Of a stretch of DNA of 64,000 nucleotides, positions 56,862 to 64,000 are shown piece by piece. The notes under the pieces were generated by a model. It was not told where the DNA came from, made no database searches, and worked only from the letters and a program-made list of their open reading frames with translations. This DNA is from Lama guanicoe. Its lineage: Eukaryota. The DNA lies in NCBI GenBank assembly GCA_013239625.1, contig MU056358.1, positions 12,535,285 to 12,599,284 of the forward strand, written 5' to 3'. The position numbers were made by a program, and so were the translations under genes. Positions within the stretch are counted from its first letter, which is position 1. Every line of letters starts with the position of its first letter.

Positions 56862-58419
56862 AAAACTTCTAATTAAATTTAGCAAGTGAATGACATGAGA
56901 TTACGACTGAAACCACTAGGAACCTAATGAGAATACTTCAAATTAGACACAGGAGGACCTGGCTACCACAGATTGATCTGTAAATTAAAGCAGGCTTGTA
57001 GCATTAAGCCAGAACCAGTTTAAAGGTCTAAACACTTTCACTCAAGTTTCAAATAAGCATCATTATTTCTCTAAAACAGATTAAAATACAATGTTTCTTT
57101 GTTATACTTTTTCTACAACTTTAGTTTCTGTAGACATATAGTAAATATAAATAATCCTTAAATTAGTTAAAAATTTTACTGTATATATATATCCAGGTAG
57201 CCTAATAAAGTCAATATTCACATAGTCTTCAGTAATATTTAGTTCCAGGTTCTGGGCTTCAATATAATTACCATCTTTTCTGAAAGAAACACTTCATCAT
57301 TCCATCATAATTTCTCAAATTGTTGAAACCATCCACCAGTTGCTCTTGCATTTATAATTTTGATGTTAGTATCTTCCACTGAGTGAGTGTAAGAATCTTC
57401 TTCCTCTTGAGGCAATTGGTTTTTATTCTCTATACTTCTTAAGTCATCATAAGGTTTTCCAGAGGCATTACGGCTTCTTTGTTACACCAATAAAGTGCCT
57501 CTGTAGTACGTAATAGTCCTTAAATCTTCTGTTTATCAGCAATTCCTACGTTACCAAACTCTGAATTTTAAGCTCAAAAACAAGACGAAGCTATTTAAAG
57601 TAAGAGACTGGCAAAGCTTAATGTGTCTAGTCTGTTAAATTATTCACAACCATGTGATTGAAACCAGTGGACTACATTTAAGGAGGAGCAAGAAAAATAA
57701 ATATATATTCAGTGTGGGGTAACAGTCAGGTTTTCTAAGACTGCCTATAAAATTCTGTGAAAATCTGTCAAAAGAGAAAACTACATCAGCAAAATCAAAG
57801 GTCAGTTTATACGCACCACAGGGGAGTCTGTACCTTCAGAGTGTGGGGATTAAAACGGAGAACTACAGTCAATGCATTTTAATGCCCCCATTCATTTCTA
57901 TCTTTCATCTTGATGTACACATCCATGCTTATAGATCTTTAAGGATTTTTTATTCAGTTCTTAGAAAGTCATCTTTAGCAGACATGATTTGGGGGTTTTA
58001 GGGCTGTGAAAGACTTCCAATGTTAATTGTTTTATCCTGGACATATGATTTGAACTATTCATTCTCAAAAAAGGCAATGAAAAAATAGAGCAGAAAATAT
58101 GACTGAGAATAAAATTTAATTTTTATGAATAAGCTAGCATTTATTTCTAAAACACAAAGAAAATGACTTTTTTTTCGCCCTTTAACATGATAGCAACATC
58201 ATGATTAAATGAAGCTAGCTAAAGATACCAGAAGTTTCACCACATAGCAGAAGTCATAAGGCAAGTTTGGGCAGAGGCTGTGAAGTTGAGTGTTTTACGG
58301 TCCATGCTAATTAAGGAAACGAATCCCACAGAGATCATCTCAGGTCTCACTTATCCTTGCAAATAATGCCAATTCTAAATTTACAAAAGAAATGAGGAGG
58401 TAGACCAGAACCTCCAACA

Positions 58420-58597
58420 CAGTAGTTCTCATAGTCAATTGCACAATGAATTTACTGGGTAGCTTTGGAAAAAAATATTGATACCTAGGGCACAGCCCAA
58501 GAGATTCTGGTTTAATTGGCCTGGTCTGTGGCCTTGACATCAGGATTTCTCAGAGCTACCCAAGTGACTAATTTGCAGCCAGGATTGAAAATAACTG
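58420..58597. mobile_element. MER5-family hAT element
   Basis: cagtagttctca...agagattctggtttaattggcctgg...ttgaaaataactg. Confidence 0.8.
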
Positions 58598-58744
58598 CTC
58601 TGATGAATCACATGCTCCTCCTGTTCCACAGATATCTTCAGTTTGGGCCTGCACTGTTTTGATACTCTTTGAACTATTTGTTAAAGTTAGAAAACTGAGA
58701 AATTTTATATAACTGTCCAGATTCTTGGCTTCTCTCTCTCTCTC

Positions 58745-60828
58745 TTTTTTTAATTGAAGTATAGTCAGTTACAATGTGTCAATTTCTAGTATACAACACA
58801 ATGTCCCAGTCATATATATACATACATATATTCCTTTTCATGTTCTTTTTCATTATAGGTTACTACAAGATACTGAATATAGTTCCCTATGCTGTACAGA
58901 AGAAATTTGTTTTTTTTTTATCTATTTTATATATAGTAGTTGATATCTGCAAATCTCAAACTCCCAATTTATCCCCTCCCACCCCATTCCCCCACCCCCA
59001 GTAACCATAAGATTGTTTACTATGTCTGTGAGTCTATTTCTATTTTGTAGATAAGCTCATTAGTGTCTTTTTCTCTTTGTAGATTCCACATATGAGTGAT
59101 ATCATATGGTATTTTTCTTTCTCTTTCTGGCTTACTTCACTTAGGATGATGATCTCTAGGTCCATCCATGTCACTGCAAATGGCATTATTTTATTCTTTT
59201 TATTGCTGAGTAGTATTCCATTGTATAAATATACCACAGCTTCTTTATACAGTCATCTGTTGGTGGACATTTAGATTGCTTCCATGTCTTAGCTACTGTA
59301 TATAGTGCTACTATGAACATTGGGATGCAGGTATCTTTTTGAATTAANNNNNNNNNNNNNNNNNNNNNNNNNNNNNNNNNNNNNNNNNNNNNNNNNNNNN
59401 NNNNNNNNNNNNNNNNNNNNNNNNNNNNNNNNNNNNNNNNNNNNNNNNNNNNNNNNNNNNNNNNNNNNNNNNNNNNNNNNNNNNNNNNNNNNNNNNNNNN
59501 NNNNNNNNNNATTTATCGTTGGTGGACTTTTGAATGANNNNNNNNNNNNNNNNNNNNNNNNNNNNNNNNNNNNNNNNNNNNNNNNNNNNNNNNNNNNNNN
59601 NNNNNNNNNNNNNNNNNNNNNNNNNNNNNNNNNNNNNNNNNNNNNNNNNNNNNNNNNNNNNNNNNNNNNNTAGGTCTTCTGCCTATTTTTGGATTGGGTT
59701 ATTTATCTTTTTCTTAAGTTAAATGAGCTGTTTATATATTCTGGAAATTAAACCTTTGTCAGTCGCATCATTTGCAAATATTTTCTCTCATTCCATAGAT
59801 TGTGGTTTTGCTTTGCTTATGGTTTCCTTTCCTGTGCAAATGCTTTTAAATTTAATTAGGTCCCATTTGTTTATTTTTCCTTTTTTTCTATTGCCTGGGT
59901 AGACTGCCCTAGGAGAACATTGCTAAGATTTATGTCAGAGAATGTTTTGCCTATGTTTTCTTCTAGGAGGTTTATAGTGTCTTGTCTTATATTTAAGTTT
60001 TTAAGCCATTTTGAGTTTATTTTTGTGTATGATGTGAGGGAGTGTTCTAACTTCACTGATTTATATGTGGCTGTCCAGTTTTCCCAAGACCACTTGCTAA
60101 AGAGATTGTCTTTTCTCTATTGTATTTTCTTGCCTCCTTTGTTGAAGATTAACTGACCATAAGTCTATGCGTATATTTCCGGGCTCTCTATTCTGTTCCA
60201 TTGACCCGTATGTCTGTTTTTGAACCAATACCATGCTGTTTTGTAGCTCTGTAGTATTGTCTGAAGTCTGGGAGTGTTATTCCTCCAGCTTCATTCTTTT
60301 CCTTCAGTATTGCTTTGGCAATTCTGGGTCTTTTGTGACTCCATATAAACTTTAGGATTATTTGTTCTAGTTCTGTGAAAAATGTCGTGGGTCATTTGAT
60401 AGCAATCGCATTAAATCTGTAGATTACTTTGGGTAGTATGGCCATTTTAGCAATGTTAATTCTTCCAATCCAGGAGTATGGGGGTATCTTTGCATTTCTT
60501 TAAGTAATCTTTAATTTCCTTAATCAATATTTTGTAGTTCTCTGCATATAATTCTTTCACTTCCTTAGTCAGATTTATCCCTAAGTATTTTATTTTTTTT
60601 TGGATGTGATTTTAAAAGGGATTGTTTCTTTACTTTCTTTTTCTGATATTTCATTGTTAGTGTAAAGAAATGCAACTGATTTCTGTATGTTAATCTTGTA
60701 TCCTGCTACCTTGCCAATTTCTTTTATCAGCTCTAGTAGTTTTTGTGTGGAGCGTTTAGGATTTTCTATATATAGTATCATGTCATCTGCATGTAGTGAC
60801 AATTTTGCCTCTTCTCTTGCAGTTTGGA
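58745..60828 (-). mobile_element. 5'-truncated L1, about 2.1 kb (ORF2 C-terminal part plus 3'UTR)
   Basis: Minus-strand peptides [29 protein letters not shown] and [22 protein letters not shown] are L1 ORF2; poly(T) at about 58745. Confidence 0.95.
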
Positions 60829-61314
60829 GATAATACAAACTCTTAAATTCCTACTTGTTTCAAAGAAGGGTTGGATCAGGAAGAGCTTAGTCTTTCCAAG
60901 AATACTCCTTAAAGTGGTGGGATTTCACCCTGTATCTCTGTGGGAAAGTGGTGGGATTTCATGCTGTACATAATTAAGGTAGTTAGAGAATATGGGGCAC
61001 ATAGGGAGTATTCTCGAGGCAAGATAGAAATGAATCAAGAATGTAATAATACTGGTCTTACTCAAATGGAAGACAGATTAAAGGGGTCTCATGAGAAACT
61101 AACGGGAACTGGCATCTCAGTCAGATTTTACCAGCCAGAGGAATTCATTTAAGTAATGTTTAAGGACTTTGAGGTCTTGTGATTTTTTAATTCTTCTTCT
61201 TTTCTTTTGGTTGGTTGTTTGCTTGGGCAAAAAGTGACATGATAAAAAATAAGAGAGAAAGAAAGGAAGTAACTCTTCCTGATCAGCTTCCAAGACTACT
61301 CTGCTCGATGACGC

Positions 61315-61475
61315 TTTGCATACACAAGCTCACTTATTCTCATTAGCACCCTGGAAAGCAAATTTCATTATCCATTGGAAAGATCAGTAAATAGACTCAG
61401 AGGATAATTAACTTCCCAGGTGGTACAGTTAAGAAATAGTAGGACAAGTTTTTTGGATGCAAATCCATACCTTTC
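61315..61475 (-). mobile_element. MIR fragment
   Basis: cttattctcattagcaccctgg...agactcagagg...aacttccca. Confidence 0.55.
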
Positions 61476-61804
61476 ATATTACACCACAAACTTATCTATC
61501 CTTAAGAGGAAGGATGGATTTGTAGGAATAAAGCCTAGAACAAGCAAGACTAATTGACGCTCTAACAGGCATCAAGCAGAGCAAGTGAGAACTTGGGTAA
61601 GACTCCAAAAATTCAAAGGATCTTTGAGAAATAATCCAGGCCATCCCCTGTATCATAACAGAACCATCCCAGATAGTGTAAGAATCAAACACTGAGTCAT
61701 CAGGGGTCCAATACATAGTTTAAATGGTGTAAATAAAAACTGGGCCATATTTGGGTGGAAAGTTATCCATAAAAATTTTAATTAATGGTTATTACTGAGT
61801 GTTT

Positions 61805-62770
61805 TGTTCATTCATGTTTTCCAAAAGTATCTGAGCATTTATTACGGGCCTTGGAGATACAGCTATCAACATAGACGAGTCCCTCCTCTTTTGTAATTTA
61901 CAATCTAGTGAGGAGTGAGAGGAGGACAGAGATGGAGAGTAAATAATGAACACATGAAAATGCAGGAAGGGAGCGGGGAATGGGGGGTGCTGCTGTAGTG
62001 CTTCTCAAACCTGAAGGTACACACACCTGGGAATCTTGCTGAAGATTCAGATTCAATAAGAAGCAATGAGGCCCAAGATTCTGGATCTCTAGCAAGCTCC
62101 CAGGTGATGGAGATGCTGCTAGACAAAGGACTGTACTTTGGGTATCAAGATGCTGCATTTGTTTTGGGGTTGGGGGCAGGCGAAGCACTTTACCTATAGT
62201 AGGCAGAGACTTGGAGGTGACTTTAGAATTTTTTACAAAGTTTAAGTACTTACAGAGAAATTTCAATCTTTCCATGTTGACTACTTTGAAAATTTGAAGA
62301 AATATATCAAATCTCCTTCTTTCAAAAAATGTTTGCCACCCCTGATAGTGCCTGTTTCATCATACTCTACCAAAAGATGGGAAGGAGCCAGCCATGGGAA
62401 ATCTACCTGCTAGACAGAAGAAACAGCAAGTGCAAATACCCCCAGGCAAAAATGTTTTAGAAAAGAGAGGTGTCTACAGCCACAGTTTAATGAGTCCATG
62501 GAGGAGGAATTTTATATGAGAGGTAGGCAGGAGCCAGATCACAAATGACCTTATAGGCCAGAGCAAAAAGCTTAGATTTTGTTCTATACGGAGAAAGAAG
62601 CCACTGAAATATGTTTAAGCAGAAGAGTTTCAGGATCTCACATGTTATGATCTCACATTTTAGGAAAAAAAAAATCAAGCTGCTAAAGACACTCTGAGTG
62701 TATGACAGAAAGGCAAAGCAGAAGTGAGGAGAGCAGCCAGGTGGCTGCGGTAGGCGTTCCAGTCAGAGCC
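61805..62770 (-). mobile_element. L2 fragment interrupted by a MER5A-like element (about 61995-62150)
   Basis: ttcattcatg...ctgagcattt...ggagccagatcac...ttttaggaa; the insert reads tagtgcttctcaaac...caagctcccaggtgat. Confidence 0.7.
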
Positions 62771-62819
62771 GGTGGTGGCCGGAGCCCACGGTAGGATGTC
62801 AGCAATGTCAACAGACCCT

Positions 62820-63070
62820 GTCAAGAACCATGAAGAATTTTTCTCCGTCTTGCAGTCTAACACGTTAGCCTACCACCGTTTCAGGATTGCTGGCAGAAGG
62901 CATGAGACTCCTGATTCAGAGACAAAGGACTTTTACCACTCACAGCCACCACCATAGCCTGAATGTCAGCGTTTATGTAGGGTCCCCAAGTCCCAGTTTC
63001 CACCAGGCAATGTACAGCAGGCCAGGTGACACCTGCGTAAGCAGTAATCATAACGGGATCCATGTTACTG
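62820..63070 (-). mobile_element. Old LTR fragment (ERVL-like)
   Basis: tgctggcagaaggcatgagactcctgattcagagacaaaggactttt resembles an antisense LTR U5/R region. Confidence 0.45.
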
Positions 63071-64000
63071 CTTTTTCCTTTTTGCCTTCACTTTGAGTAT
63101 GTCACAGCCCAGCACTGTTGCTGATCTTACCTTTATTTAAAATGTTGGTCAATATTAAGTTGCTCATACGCTTTTAGCATGAATTTTTGTTTTTTAAAAA
63201 TATTGCAGTAAAATATTATTTGTTTGGATTACGCCTTAAATCTGTATCTTAAGCAAGTGCCTCTCTTGCCTCCTTCTATTCCCAGCCCTGCCTTCCCCCT
63301 AACCTTCTGGGTAGGATGGTGACTTGGTTGCTTGTAACCAACAGAGCATAGAAATTTGAGTTCTTCCCTCCCCATCGTTTCCCAGCATACTGGGTCTGAT
63401 TCATATGTAGTGCAGCCACCCCTGGGGATGAATAGACTTTGGTCCTATCCCTCTATTCTTCTTAAGGCAGCTAAACTCAGGGTGGAAAGTAAGAGAGGAA
63501 TCAGCATGAAGAACTTCGCATCTTCAGCGTGAAGATTTCCATGCCAGAAAGGAAGGCACAGTAACTTTCTGTTTCAAGCATGCAGCAGCTACTCATGCCT
63601 CAGCCAAATGCAGACCCAATGTTACTGAGCACCCCAAACTCTGAATTGAATGGCATGATCATCATTACTGTCACTGTTCATTTCAACTTTGAAGACCCCT
63701 TGAGTCAGAAGCCAGAGCCAGATAGCCATCTGCCTGGGGCACATGGTTTGTGTATTTCAGCTAACTTGGCATTGACTAGGACAGACAGCAGCAACGTTTT
63801 TAAAGGAATCCATCTTAGTCCAGGGCACTTGCTGTCTCATCATGATAACATCTCTTAGCATCTTGCCTGATTTCAGCACAAGGGCTCGGCAAGTTTTCTG
63901 GGGCTGCAGCTGATTGCAAGAATTTATCTAGATTTCTTCCTGTCTGTTTCTTATCCTTTAATGCAGCACCTTTGTCAGCATTTTAAACCCAACACAGGTC

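Overview
Mammalian genomic DNA from inside GRM3 (metabotropic glutamate receptor 3), + strand. It holds two large coding exons: 11974-12829 (856 bp, Venus flytrap domain) and 55362-56428 (1067 bp, end of flytrap, cysteine-rich domain, TM1-TM6). A 42.5 kb intron separates them. From my recall of the human gene these are exons 3 and 4, with the same lengths and phases. The rest is intron carrying old repeats (MIR, L2, MER5/MER20, MaLR/ERVL, L1M), lineage-specific L1 copies and an ERV1-type solo LTR. The L1 3' ends, and the lack of any recognisable Alu, B1/B2, Bov-tA/CHR, PRE-1 or Can-SINE, suggest a camelid (inference). I found no new gene system. The most interesting items are: (1) a three-layer nested insertion at 32.8-37.5 kb, with an L2 split by an L1 that seems to carry a 3' transduction, itself split by a TSD-flanked L1 with an intact 5'UTR, an internal deletion and an inversion; (2) a ~240 bp AT-rich palindrome at 45.6-45.8 kb; (3) apparent substitutions at conserved mGlu3 positions (GRY>GQY and a TM2 cluster); (4) opposite-orientation L1 copies flanking exon 4; (5) an N gap in exon 4 whose length equals the missing coding sequence exactly. 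Comparisons with human mGlu3 and repeat family names come from memory and need database confirmation.
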